Shown in pieces: positions 45,791 through 57,962 of a DNA stretch of 64,000 nucleotides (its first letter is position 1; every line of letters starts with the position of its first letter). Source of the DNA: a virus (lineage: Duplodnaviria; Caudoviricetes); the IMG/VR virus record IMGVR_UViG_3300044266_000349, positions 11,149 through 75,148 of that record; one strand, given 5' to 3'. The notes under the pieces are model-generated. The model was not told the DNA's origin, did not search any database, and saw only the letters and a program-made list of their open reading frames with translations. A program made the position numbers and the translations under genes.

Positions 45791-46819
45791 ATGCCAACAA
45801 AGATTACAGTCAATTATCCACAACCAATTACCGTAAAGGTTGATCCTGGTAATAAAGATACGGTTGTTCGCAGTAGTTCGGTTTTTGTAGGTTCAGCCAA
45901 CAATTTTTTACCAAATACTGGCGGCACGATTTCCGGAAATTTAGTTGTACAAAACAATTTAATAACATACGGGAATACACAGTTACAGGGTAATGTAATT
46001 GTACATAATGTTTTTCCAGCTGAAGATAAAGTCTATAATCTCGGTAGCCCAACTCTAAGATTTAAAACATTATATCTTACCGGAAATACTATTGACCTGG
46101 ATGGTGGAACAATTTCGGCCTCAGGAGACACAATCACAATTAGTTCACCAACAGGTGGAACATTTTTCGTTCAAGCTCCAGCCAACACAATTATTGATGG
46201 CGCAGCAGGCGAAAGAGCAGAAACGACCGCAAATTCGGCATATGAACAAGCCAACGTAGCTACTTTATATTCTGTAACATCTTATTATTATTCCGATCAA
46301 GCCGTACAAACAGCACAAATTGCATACGATTCAGCCAATACAGCTTTTACTACTGCGGTGTCTGCATCAGATTTGGCCAACGTTGCATCAGAAACAGCCA
46401 ATATTGCGTATAATGCGGTCATTGAAATAATAGCCAACTCTAACACGATTGTACGTACTGCCGGGGCAGATTTAACCGGAACACTTAGATTTGCAACAGA
46501 TCCAACGGCAAGTTTGACATTGGGTCCAGTCGAATCTACATATGGATTGGATGTTTTTTCAAATTACAATGGTTATTCCCAATTAAATTACGGGAACGTA
46601 CACTATACTTATGTTAATTCTTCCGGAGTTACACTTCAAACTCCAAATAATAATATTACATTGAATGATCCTGATGGAATAGTGGGAATTTCCTCACAAA
46701 ATTTGTTTTCAATAGTGGTAAATGGCATAGAAGCCATATCCGTATACGCAAACAATGATATTTTCTTAAACGGCACAATTTATGGAGCACCCACCGCACT
46801 GGACGGAGGCGACTTTTAA
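45791..46819 (+). CDS. tail-fibre-like protein
   Basis: Fibre motif LGSPTLRFKTLYL, coiled TANxAY repeats, C-terminal LDGGxF. Confidence 0.65.
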   Translation: MPTKITVNYPQPITVKVDPGNKDTVVRSSSVFVGSANNFLPNTGGTISGNLVVQNNLITYGNTQLQGNVIVHNVFPAEDKVYNLGSPTLRFKTLYLTGNTIDLDGGTISASGDTITISSPTGGTFFVQAPANTIIDGAAGERAETTANSAYEQANVATLYSVTSYYYSDQAVQTAQIAYDSANTAFTTAVSASDLANVASETANIAYNAVIEIIANSNTIVRTAGADLTGTLRFATDPTASLTLGPVESTYGLDVFSNYNGYSQLNYGNVHYTYVNSSGVTLQTPNNNITLNDPDGIVGISSQNLFSIVVNGIEAISVYANNDIFLNGTIYGAPTALDGGDF

Positions 46820-46856
46820 TAAATACAGATATAACCTTTCTTGAGGAATAATTAAA

Positions 46857-48500
46857 ATGGCAAATACAAGTATTCGCATTAAACGTTCGCTTACAACAGG
46901 CGTACCAGCATCAGGTTTATCGGGTGAATTATCATACTCGTACCTATCCAATACACTGTTTATTGGTACTCCAGACGGTAACGGTGTCGTTAACGTTGGT
47001 GGCCAGTATTACACATCACAAATCGACAATGCAACTGATTCCGCAGTAGCTTTAACACTTGTCCGCAGAGACGCAACAGGTAATGCATCGTTCAATTACA
47101 TCACCGCAAACATTATCGGTATGATTGACGGTGTGGCAGCAAAGGCCACAAGATTAGAAACCGCTAGGGACTTTAGTATTTCTGGTGGTGATATTACTGC
47201 ATCAGCAGTCTCTTTTGATGGTACAGGAAACGTAACATTAAATGCTTCTCTAGATGCGGTTTCAGGTTTATCCGCTGGTACATACGGTAACACCAGTTCT
47301 ATTCCAGTTGTTGGTGTTTCTGCGAACGGTCGTGTGACCAGCATTTCAACGGTTAGTATATCAACAGACCTAAGCATTTCTGGTGATTCTGGCACAGACA
47401 CAGTTCATCTAGCAACAGACACATTGAACTTTGCTGGCGGTGCCGGCATCACTTCTGCTGTCACCGATAATGTTGTAACATTTGATGTTGATAATACTGT
47501 TGTTCGCGCAAACACAGCATCATTAAATCAAACAATTGATGGCAATATTTCTATCAGTGGTAACCTAACAGTTCTTGGCACACAAACAACTGTCAACACA
47601 CAGACACTGAATATCGCTGACCCATTATTGTATTTGGCATCAAACAACTATTCTTCCGACATAGTTGATATTGGTTTTGTTGGCAATTATTATGATGGTA
47701 CACAAAGACACACTGGTTTCATTCGCCACGCTGGCACACAAGAATTCTTCATCTTCGACCACTACGAACCAGAACCAGACAGCAACGTTATTGATATTGC
47801 AAACTCTAGTTTCAGAACTGCAAACGTTAACGCTGGTTATTTCAAGGGTAACGTCATCGGTTCAACCGCAAGATTCGACAGTGTAATATTAGATACTGTC
47901 TTGGGTGTTGCTTCAGGCGGTACCGGTCAATCCACATTCTCTGCTGGTCAGGTATTGATTGGTGACGGAACAAGTGGTCTGAAACAACTGGCCAACGTAT
48001 CGTCGGTCAACACCACACTTGCAAACAACGAAACAGTTACAAATCTAACAACCGATGTATATGGTCGTGTAACAGGTTTCACGAAACAATCAATCGGTAG
48101 TCTGACAGTTTCTCAGGGCGGTACAGGTCAAACAACATTTACTGGCGGCGCAATACTTGTTGGAAACGGAACTGGTGGGCTGCAAACTTTAGCTAACACA
48201 ACATATACAGCTACTGGTTCTGGTGCACAAAACAATACCATCACATCAGTAACAGTAGACGCTTATGGTAGACTGACTGCTGCTACATTCCAACAAATTT
48301 CTGGTCTCACAGTTGGTCAAGGCGGTACAGGTGTATCTTCATTCACCACAAACGGTATCACATATGGTAACGGTTCTGGTGCGATGCAAGTTACTGCTGC
48401 AGCAGGAACATCCGATCAAACATTCTCTAACCAGATTCTCACTGTCACCAATGCAGGTGTTCCAGTATGGTCAACCACACTGGATGGAGGTCAATTCTAA
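46857..48500 (+). CDS. tail fibre protein
   Basis: IRIKRS..GELxY N-terminus, LxVxQGGTG repeats, VDxYGRxT, LDGGQF end; late motif at 46818. Confidence 0.75.
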   Translation: MANTSIRIKRSLTTGVPASGLSGELSYSYLSNTLFIGTPDGNGVVNVGGQYYTSQIDNATDSAVALTLVRRDATGNASFNYITANIIGMIDGVAAKATRLETARDFSISGGDITASAVSFDGTGNVTLNASLDAVSGLSAGTYGNTSSIPVVGVSANGRVTSISTVSISTDLSISGDSGTDTVHLATDTLNFAGGAGITSAVTDNVVTFDVDNTVVRANTASLNQTIDGNISISGNLTVLGTQTTVNTQTLNIADPLLYLASNNYSSDIVDIGFVGNYYDGTQRHTGFIRHAGTQEFFIFDHYEPEPDSNVIDIANSSFRTANVNAGYFKGNVIGSTARFDSVILDTVLGVASGGTGQSTFSAGQVLIGDGTSGLKQLANVSSVNTTLANNETVTNLTTDVYGRVTGFTKQSIGSLTVSQGGTGQTTFTGGAILVGNGTGGLQTLANTTYTATGSGAQNNTITSVTVDAYGRLTAATFQQISGLTVGQGGTGVSSFTTNGITYGNGSGAMQVTAAAGTSDQTFSNQILTVTNAGVPVWSTTLDGGQF

Positions 48501-48540
48501 CGCAACTATATAATAAATGAATTCATAATAGGAGTTTGAA

Positions 48541-49167
48541 ATGGGAAATGAAAAATATTTAAATTATTACATTGAGACATTAACGGCTACGATGACAGAT
48601 TGTGTAGTCCGAAATGTCTCAATGCAAGCGAATGCGAAAGTTACCGATGATGTTGTTAAAGAGCAAGGAAAAACAATTGAAGAATTGAGTGCTGCTCTTG
48701 GTGAAATGAAGGATGGAAACAAAACTTTAATTGATCAGTTGCAGTTGGAAAATAAACATCTACGTGACGAGGTAAATGAATTAAAAGCCATTCGTAATCA
48801 ATATGAAAATGTGAAAAGTGAAGCTGCTCACGTTGAAACTTTCCGAAACGAATTGGTAAAAGAAAGAGAACTGCATCAAAAGGATGTTTCCGAATTGCAA
48901 GGTAAGATCAATTCGATTACAAATGATTTTAATAACAAGATTAATGTATTGAATAATGACTTCAATAATAAATTAAACAAAGTTAATTTGGATCATAAAG
49001 ATAAAGTTCAGCAGTTGAATTCAGAACATGAAAAGAAAATTATTGAATTGAACAATCGGATCGCCTACTTGGAATTAACTCCTGCCAAGAGAAAAAAGTT
49101 TGATATGGAAAACGCGAAAGTGAATTCGTCGGATGAAGAAACAGCAAAGGACGGCGGAGTTTTCTAA
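48541..49167 (+). CDS. long coiled-coil protein
   Basis: SD TAGGAG; heptads through most of its length. Confidence 0.7.
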   Translation: MGNEKYLNYYIETLTATMTDCVVRNVSMQANAKVTDDVVKEQGKTIEELSAALGEMKDGNKTLIDQLQLENKHLRDEVNELKAIRNQYENVKSEAAHVETFRNELVKERELHQKDVSELQGKINSITNDFNNKINVLNNDFNNKLNKVNLDHKDKVQQLNSEHEKKIIELNNRIAYLELTPAKRKKFDMENAKVNSSDEETAKDGGVF

Positions 49168-49171
49168 TTAA

Positions 49172-50458
49172 ATGGTTACAAATACGGCAATTCAAATAAA
49201 AAAATCAGGGCAATCGGGCAACACACCGGCCAATTTAAGTCACGGTGAGCTTGCCCTGAATTATGCCGACGGTAGAATTTTCTACAAAGATTGGTTGGAT
49301 GATATCAAGTATATTACCAACCAAGAATCTTTTAGCACAGTCAATGCCAATTCTTCTCTATTAATTGCCACATCTTCAACAGATGTATTGTCATTGGCTG
49401 GTGCATCTGGTGTCACTATCACCGGAAACAGTTCAAGTAAAACTATCACAATTGGATTAGACCAAAGTATTTTCTCTTCTGGTGTTTATGCCAATGCGGC
49501 TTTCATACAGGCCAATGCAGCCTATGATTTAGCTAACACAATTGCTGCAGGTTCAACGGACGTATACGCAAGATCAAAAGCTAACGGTGCGTCTAACACC
49601 GCAAATGCAGCATTCACTAGAGCCAACAACTCTGTATTAAAATCTGGCGACACCATGACCGGTGATTTGCTTATCAATACAGCTAACGTTGAAGCTAATT
49701 ATTTAATTGTTGAAACAACTCTGTATTCTGGTCTTGCTACCAGAAGTTCGACACCTCTACCAAATCTTATCGCACAATTTACTGGCAATACAGATTCATA
49801 TGTGCAAGTAAATGCACAAAATATTGATCAGCATGGCTCTGCTGATTATGTTATAACGGGTGACGTAGGTACAGATACTTCCTTCTATGCAGATTTTGGT
49901 TTAAATGGCTCTCAACAGACAACCGGAAATATTAAACCACTAGATGGTTATTTGTATATTCAAGGCAGTGAGATAGGCCAACTAGGTGGCAATCTTATTA
50001 TTGGTACCACATCGACAACACCAGGTATAGAAACAAGAATTGTTGTAGGTGGTTATGAAGATGCAAATGTGGTAATGACATTTAGTAAGGGTACAACAAC
50101 ATCAAATAATCATTTGATAGTTAACGGCCGCCTTTCTGTCAACACCAGTTTAATCACTTCGACTACATATACAACAGCGAATACAAATCAAGTTGTTATC
50201 GACACATTTGATTCGTCTGTTTATAGAAGCGCAAAGTATGATATACAAATGACTTCTGGATCCGACTATCATGTATTGGAACTTAGAGCTTTACATGACG
50301 GTTCGAATCCATACATGACACAATATGGTGAAATATTTACCAGCACAAGATTGGGTTCATTCGACGCTGACATGGGTGGTGGCAAATTCAATTTAAAGAT
50401 TACACCATCAAATGCATCCACAACTATAAAATTAATGAGAACAGTTATCACAACATAA
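49172..50458 (+). CDS. tail-fibre-like protein
   Basis: IQIKKS..GELALNYADG N-terminus; YRSAKYxIQ C-terminal domain. Confidence 0.7.
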   Translation: MVTNTAIQIKKSGQSGNTPANLSHGELALNYADGRIFYKDWLDDIKYITNQESFSTVNANSSLLIATSSTDVLSLAGASGVTITGNSSSKTITIGLDQSIFSSGVYANAAFIQANAAYDLANTIAAGSTDVYARSKANGASNTANAAFTRANNSVLKSGDTMTGDLLINTANVEANYLIVETTLYSGLATRSSTPLPNLIAQFTGNTDSYVQVNAQNIDQHGSADYVITGDVGTDTSFYADFGLNGSQQTTGNIKPLDGYLYIQGSEIGQLGGNLIIGTTSTTPGIETRIVVGGYEDANVVMTFSKGTTTSNNHLIVNGRLSVNTSLITSTTYTTANTNQVVIDTFDSSVYRSAKYDIQMTSGSDYHVLELRALHDGSNPYMTQYGEIFTSTRLGSFDADMGGGKFNLKITPSNASTTIKLMRTVITT

Positions 50459-50473
50459 AGAAAGTGATTTATT

Positions 50474-51049
50474 ATGAAAGGTGAATGGTGTTTTTTCGAG
50501 AGAGGTTTTTCGGCCTCAGAGTGTGATAAAATCTTAGAAGACGGTTTAAAATTACCAGCTAAAGATGCCGAACTTGGCGTTGCTGGTATGTCTGAACACT
50601 CCGATACCAGTTATCGTCGCAGTAAAATAAGATTTATACAATCAAACGATTCTAACTTTGAATGGTTGTTTGATAAAATCTGGAAAATGGGAATAGTGGC
50701 CAACAGAGAGTGGTTCAATTTCCATGTTACCAATTTATCGTTCATTCAGTTGGCAGAATATGATGAGTCGTATCAAGGTGAATATAAACAACATCATGAT
50801 GTGTTCTACATGAACAACGATAGCTACCACAGAAAACTAACTTGTGTAATACAGTTGTCGGATCCAACCAAGTATGAAGGTGGTGATTTCGAAATGTATA
50901 ATCTCACCCAGTATCCAGACAAACAAAAGATTCGTGAACGTGGTACTGCAATTTTTATTCCTTCATTTACTGTACATGCAGCCTTGCCGGTGACCAAAGG
51001 AACACGTTATAGTATTGCAGTTTGGTTTGAAGGGAATAAATGGCAATGA
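50474..51049 (+). CDS. 2OG-Fe(II) oxygenase, prolyl-4-hydroxylase-like
   Basis: HxD (HHD), RKLT, YEGGDF, distal H (VHA), RYS. Confidence 0.88.
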   Translation: MKGEWCFFERGFSASECDKILEDGLKLPAKDAELGVAGMSEHSDTSYRRSKIRFIQSNDSNFEWLFDKIWKMGIVANREWFNFHVTNLSFIQLAEYDESYQGEYKQHHDVFYMNNDSYHRKLTCVIQLSDPTKYEGGDFEMYNLTQYPDKQKIRERGTAIFIPSFTVHAALPVTKGTRYSIAVWFEGNKWQ

Positions 51050-52725
51050 GATACCATATTTTAGGCCTGCCTCACACCGTAACATCTAAAGAATATAATG
51101 CTTGTGCATATACACAAAAGGTAGTTAAGTTTGGTAAGATGATGACCAATTTGGGTCATGAAGTCATTCACTATGGGCATGAAGATTCAGACTTACAATG
51201 CACTGAGCACGTTACTGTCACGACAAATAAAGATTTAGAAATTGCATACGGATCATATGATTGGCGCAAAAACTTTTTTAAGTTTGACACCAACGACCAT
51301 GCGTACCAGACGTTCTATAAAAATGCCATTCGTGAGGTAGGTAAACGCAAACAAAAGAATGATTTTATTCTTCCATTTTGGGGTGCAGGTGTTCGACCAG
51401 TGTGTGATGCACATCCAGATATAATCACGGTAGAACCAGGTATTGGTTATGCTGGTGGGCATTGGGCTCGATTTAAAATCTTTGAGTCGTATGCCATCTA
51501 TCATGCATATTATGGATTGAAGTCTGTTGGTAATTGTATACAAGACTGGTATGATGTTGTGATACCAAACTATTTTGATCCAGATGATTTCACATTTAAC
51601 GAAAAGAAAGAAGATTATTTTCTTTTCTTAGGTCGTGTATATGATGGCAAAGGCGTCAATATTGCTGTGCAAGCTACTGAAGCCATTGGTGCAAAACTTA
51701 TTATTGCTGGCCAAAACTCATTGAAACAAATGGGTTATGCAGAGACACCATCACATGTCACCGAAATTGGTTATGCAGATGTTGAAACTCGCAAGAAACT
51801 TATGGCAAATGCCAAAGGTGCATTCGTGGCATCATTGTATACCGAACCTTTTGGTGGCGTACAAATGGAAATGTTATTCTCTGGTACTCCTACCATTACC
51901 ACAGATTGGGGAAGTTTTACTGAGAACAATATCCATGGTGTAACAGGTTATCGTTGTCGTACATTCGAACAGTTCACTTGGGCCGCACGGAACATCGACA
52001 GGATTGATCCTAGAAATTGCAGACAGTGGGCAGAGAACTTCACACTCGATAAAGTAGGAAAAATGTATGAGGAATATTTCCAATCTGTATTGAATGTGTA
52101 TGGTGGCAATGGTTGGTATGAAAAGAATGATGCTCGTGGTGATTTAAACTGGTTGCACAAACAATATCCGGAATATCCGGAACGTTTCAATCATGATGTA
52201 ATGGATGCAGAAGAAAGGCCAATGGCGGATAGATTGGCAACTTGGATTAAAAAAGAAATAAATCCAAAAACAGTATTAGATATTGGTTGTGGCCCAGGAA
52301 CATATGTACGTTCACTCAGAAATTTAGGTATTGATGCAACAGGTATTGATATTGATGAACGTGTGATTGGTCAAGAACATCTTGTGTTTAAAAGTTTGTT
52401 TGATATCAAAGAAGAAAAAGCTGATGTAACAATTTGTTTAGAAGTGGCAGAACATATCGACACTCTTTTTGAAAAACAAGTTGTTGAAAAAGTTGCATCA
52501 ACAGTTGGTCATACTTTGATATGGACAGCTGCAGCAATTGGTCAAGGTGGCATAGGTCATATCAATTGTAAAGACAAAGAAGAGTGGTCTAAACTGATTG
52601 AATCGACTGGTTTAGTACGCAACCACGAAAAAGAAAAAAAATTAATTCAATATATTCGTCAAGGATACCACATGGGATGGTTTCCACAAAATTTGTTATA
52701 TTTCGAAAGAATAAATAAGACATAA
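51046..52725 (+). CDS. GT4 glycosyltransferase fused to class I SAM methyltransferase
   Basis: FLGRxxxxKG and EPFGGVQME (ExxxxxxxE); C-terminal VLDIGCGPG and CLEVAEH. Confidence 0.88.
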   Translation: MRYHILGLPHTVTSKEYNACAYTQKVVKFGKMMTNLGHEVIHYGHEDSDLQCTEHVTVTTNKDLEIAYGSYDWRKNFFKFDTNDHAYQTFYKNAIREVGKRKQKNDFILPFWGAGVRPVCDAHPDIITVEPGIGYAGGHWARFKIFESYAIYHAYYGLKSVGNCIQDWYDVVIPNYFDPDDFTFNEKKEDYFLFLGRVYDGKGVNIAVQATEAIGAKLIIAGQNSLKQMGYAETPSHVTEIGYADVETRKKLMANAKGAFVASLYTEPFGGVQMEMLFSGTPTITTDWGSFTENNIHGVTGYRCRTFEQFTWAARNIDRIDPRNCRQWAENFTLDKVGKMYEEYFQSVLNVYGGNGWYEKNDARGDLNWLHKQYPEYPERFNHDVMDAEERPMADRLATWIKKEINPKTVLDIGCGPGTYVRSLRNLGIDATGIDIDERVIGQEHLVFKSLFDIKEEKADVTICLEVAEHIDTLFEKQVVEKVASTVGHTLIWTAAAIGQGGIGHINCKDKEEWSKLIESTGLVRNHEKEKKLIQYIRQGYHMGWFPQNLLYFERINKT

Positions 52726-52751
52726 CAATCATAATAACAAGGGGAAAGTGA

Positions 52752-55115
<2,364 letters not shown>

Positions 55116-55116
55116 A

Positions 55117-55473
55117 ATGGCAGCACCAAATATTGTAAACGTTAGCAGTATCATAGCGCGAACATCTGCAAATTCTTTGTTTACAAATACATCTAACATA
55201 ATTACAAATAGTGCAGGTAGTAACACTGTCGCTAAAGTGAATCATATAATGGTATCAAATTATAATTCATCAACCGTTACATGTAATGTTAGCATAAACA
55301 AAAGCGGTATGAACTATTTAATTGCTGGTTCAATTTCTGTTCCCGCAACTTCTACTTTGGTCGTTGTAGGAAAAGACACCGCAATATATCTTGAAGAAGG
55401 TGATGTTATTCAAGCCAACACCAGTTCAAATTCGAGTTCACACATAATTAGTTCTTACGAAATAATCTCATGA
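55117..55473 (+). CDS. conserved small virion protein
   Basis: MAAPNIVNV start 1 nt after collagen stop; IYLEEGD motif. Confidence 0.7.
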   Translation: MAAPNIVNVSSIIARTSANSLFTNTSNIITNSAGSNTVAKVNHIMVSNYNSSTVTCNVSINKSGMNYLIAGSISVPATSTLVVVGKDTAIYLEEGDVIQANTSSNSSSHIISSYEIIS

Positions 55474-56390
55474 GATATAGAAGCAATCGTGGCCTAATTG
55501 GTAATCAAAATTCAGTTTCTCCAACTGATGCTGGAGGAATTAATTCATTGGTGGACCAACAATTATATAGCTCTTCTGCGAATTGGCCAAAGATACCAAC
55601 AACAATCGTGATTGATTATCTTATAGTTGCCGGTGGAGGCGGCACAGATGGTTGGACTTGTGGTGGTGGCGGAGCCGGAGGTTTACTACAATCAAACAAT
55701 ATTACAATTTCCACTAGTTCCACATATACAGTTACCGTAGGATCAGGTGGTTCACCTGGTTTCAGCGGATCAAATTCCGTTTTCAATTCAACTACAACGA
55801 TTGGTGGTGGCCGTGGTGGCACCGGTAACGATTATCCATTTAGACCACCTACCGGTGGTTCTGGTGGTGGAGGCAGTTATGGTGGCGGATCATATTCTGG
55901 ATTACCAGGTGGATACGGAACACCGGGACAAGGTAATGATGGAGGAAGTGGATCAAATATTAGTAGTGCATGGGACTCCGGCGGCGGCGGTGGTGCTGGT
56001 GCCGCAGGCGGAAACGGAAATTCATCCCGAGTTTCAGGTAACGGAGGCGTAGGTTTACAATCTTCGATTACCGGTACACCAACATATTATGCTGGCGGAG
56101 GCGGCGGAGGTGCTTATAGTGGTGCTGGAGGTGCTGGCACAGGAGGATTAGGAGGTGGAGGCAACGGGGTGATAGGCACAGGAACCGGCGGATCAGGCAC
56201 AGTAAATACGGGTGGCGGTGGTGGAGGCCGCGGTGACGGCGGTGTTGGTGGTGCTGGCGGATCAGGTGTTGTTATAATTCGTTATGCCAACACACGTGCA
56301 AACGCCGCAACAACTGGTTCACCAACATGGTCTGATGTTGGTGGTTATAAGATATATAAATTTACCTCGTCGGGTTCAATCACATTCTAA
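55470..56390 (+). CDS. glycine-rich domain virion protein
   Basis: YLIVAGGG...GGGGAGG...YAGGGGG...GGSGVVIIRY. Confidence 0.8.
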   Translation: MRYRSNRGLIGNQNSVSPTDAGGINSLVDQQLYSSSANWPKIPTTIVIDYLIVAGGGGTDGWTCGGGGAGGLLQSNNITISTSSTYTVTVGSGGSPGFSGSNSVFNSTTTIGGGRGGTGNDYPFRPPTGGSGGGGSYGGGSYSGLPGGYGTPGQGNDGGSGSNISSAWDSGGGGGAGAAGGNGNSSRVSGNGGVGLQSSITGTPTYYAGGGGGGAYSGAGGAGTGGLGGGGNGVIGTGTGGSGTVNTGGGGGGRGDGGVGGAGGSGVVIIRYANTRANAATTGSPTWSDVGGYKIYKFTSSGSITF

Positions 56391-57514
56391 TTAAAAATTT
56401 TGGAAAAATAAATGACAACCAAAATAGATGCAAATAATATTACATTAACATCATTTACATCCGCAAACTTGAATGTTTCGGCTGTATATGCAAACAATTA
56501 TTATTACGCAAACGGAACTCCATTTAGTGGCGGTGGAGGAAGTTCTACACCAAGTGGAGTGAGTGATCAATTAAATACAAGCACAGGATACTTTAGTGTG
56601 CCTATAGGAAATACTGCACAAAGACCGGCCGGTTCAGCCAATGGTGCATTGAGATATAATACGACCACATATGGGTTGGAAACTTATTTGAACGGAAGTT
56701 GGATTACAATATCTTCAAATGCACCATTTACAAATACCCCTAATGTAGAATATCTTGTGGTCGCCGGCGGCGCCGGTGGTGGTTATAATTATGCTGGCGG
56801 CGGTGGTGCTGGAGGTCTATTAACTTCCACATCGAGTGTAGTATCAGGCGTAACTTATACTATAACAGTAGGTGCTGGAGGAACAGGAGCCACCTCGGGT
56901 AGCGGATCACCACCTAGTGGTAATGGAGCAAATGGTTCCAACTCAATAATTAGTGGATCCGGATTCACAACAATAACATCCATAGGCGGAGGTTATGGTG
57001 CGGGATTCTCCGTAAACGGCGCATCAGGAGGATCTGGCGGCGGCGGTGGTGGAAATAATGGAGGTTCATTTCCCGGTGGAGCAGGAACATCAAGTCAAGG
57101 ATACGCAGGCGGTTCAGCTGCTAATAATGGACCTGCTGGTGGTGGAGGTGGTGCAGGAGGAGCAGGTCAAAACGGAGCATCATCTGGTGGAAATGGAGGC
57201 ATAGGAGTTTATTCTTCAATTTCTGGTGCCAACACAGGATATGCCGGTGGAGGCGGCGGAGGCGGAATGACTGGAGGATCAACATCATCTGGTGGTGGCG
57301 CTGGCGGCAACAATTTCGGAAATGGAACTGCGGGATCCACAAATACTGGAGGAGGCGGTGGCGGAGGCGGCGGCAACAATGGCCAAGGCGCATCGGGTGG
57401 ATCTGGTGTTGTTATAGTTCGTTATGCCAATACATATGCAAATGCAACTAGCACAACTGGTTCACCAACATGGTCTGATGTTGGTGGTTATAAGATATAT
57501 AAATTTACCTCGTC
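56310..57514 (+). repeat. 62-bp exact direct repeat at the 3' ends of both glycine-rich genes (56310-56371, 57453-57514)
   Basis: ACAACTGGTTCACCAACATGG...TTTACCTCGTC identical in both. Confidence 0.85.
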
Positions 57515-57533
57515 AGGTTCAATTACATTCTAA
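56412..57533 (+). CDS. glycine-rich domain virion protein (paralogue)
   Basis: PxGxTAQRP...GALRYN N-terminal motif plus the same Gly-rich domain. Confidence 0.8.
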   Translation: MTTKIDANNITLTSFTSANLNVSAVYANNYYYANGTPFSGGGGSSTPSGVSDQLNTSTGYFSVPIGNTAQRPAGSANGALRYNTTTYGLETYLNGSWITISSNAPFTNTPNVEYLVVAGGAGGGYNYAGGGGAGGLLTSTSSVVSGVTYTITVGAGGTGATSGSGSPPSGNGANGSNSIISGSGFTTITSIGGGYGAGFSVNGASGGSGGGGGGNNGGSFPGGAGTSSQGYAGGSAANNGPAGGGGGAGGAGQNGASSGGNGGIGVYSSISGANTGYAGGGGGGGMTGGSTSSGGGAGGNNFGNGTAGSTNTGGGGGGGGGNNGQGASGGSGVVIVRYANTYANATSTTGSPTWSDVGGYKIYKFTSSGSITF

Positions 57534-57552
57534 ACAAATAGGAGAAAAAATA

Positions 57553-57933
57553 ATGGCACACTTTGCAGAATTAGGTGAAAACAATGTTGTATTGCAAGTG
57601 ATTGTAGTCAGTGATAATGATGCTCCATCTGAAGAAGCAGGAGCAAATTTCTGCCGCAATCTTTTAGGTGGTACATGGAAACAAACCAGTTACAACACTG
57701 CTGGCGGTCAACATAAACTTGGCGGTACACCATTTAGAAAAAATTATGCAGGCATTGGATTCACATATGATAGCACCAAAGATGCTTTCATTCCTCCAAA
57801 GCCATACGCATCATGGATTCTAAATGAAGATACATGTTTGTGGGAATCACCAGTACCTTATCCTACCGATGACAAACCATATACATGGGATGAAGAGACT
57901 GTCAATTGGAAAGAAGTTGTAATACCTGAATAA
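57553..57933 (+). CDS. conserved small protein accompanying glycine-rich fibre genes
   Basis: SD AGGAG; MAHFA...WKQTSYN...RKNYAGIG...DAFI.PKPY.SW. Confidence 0.75.
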   Translation: MAHFAELGENNVVLQVIVVSDNDAPSEEAGANFCRNLLGGTWKQTSYNTAGGQHKLGGTPFRKNYAGIGFTYDSTKDAFIPPKPYASWILNEDTCLWESPVPYPTDDKPYTWDEETVNWKEVVIPE

Positions 57934-57962
57934 ATAAAAAATATACACTAGAGTAATATTGC

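Noticed and set aside
56268-57533. Possible DGR template/variable repeat pair
   Set aside because: Mismatches are not confined to adenines, there is a 3-nt indel, both copies are coding, and no reverse transcriptase is in the window.
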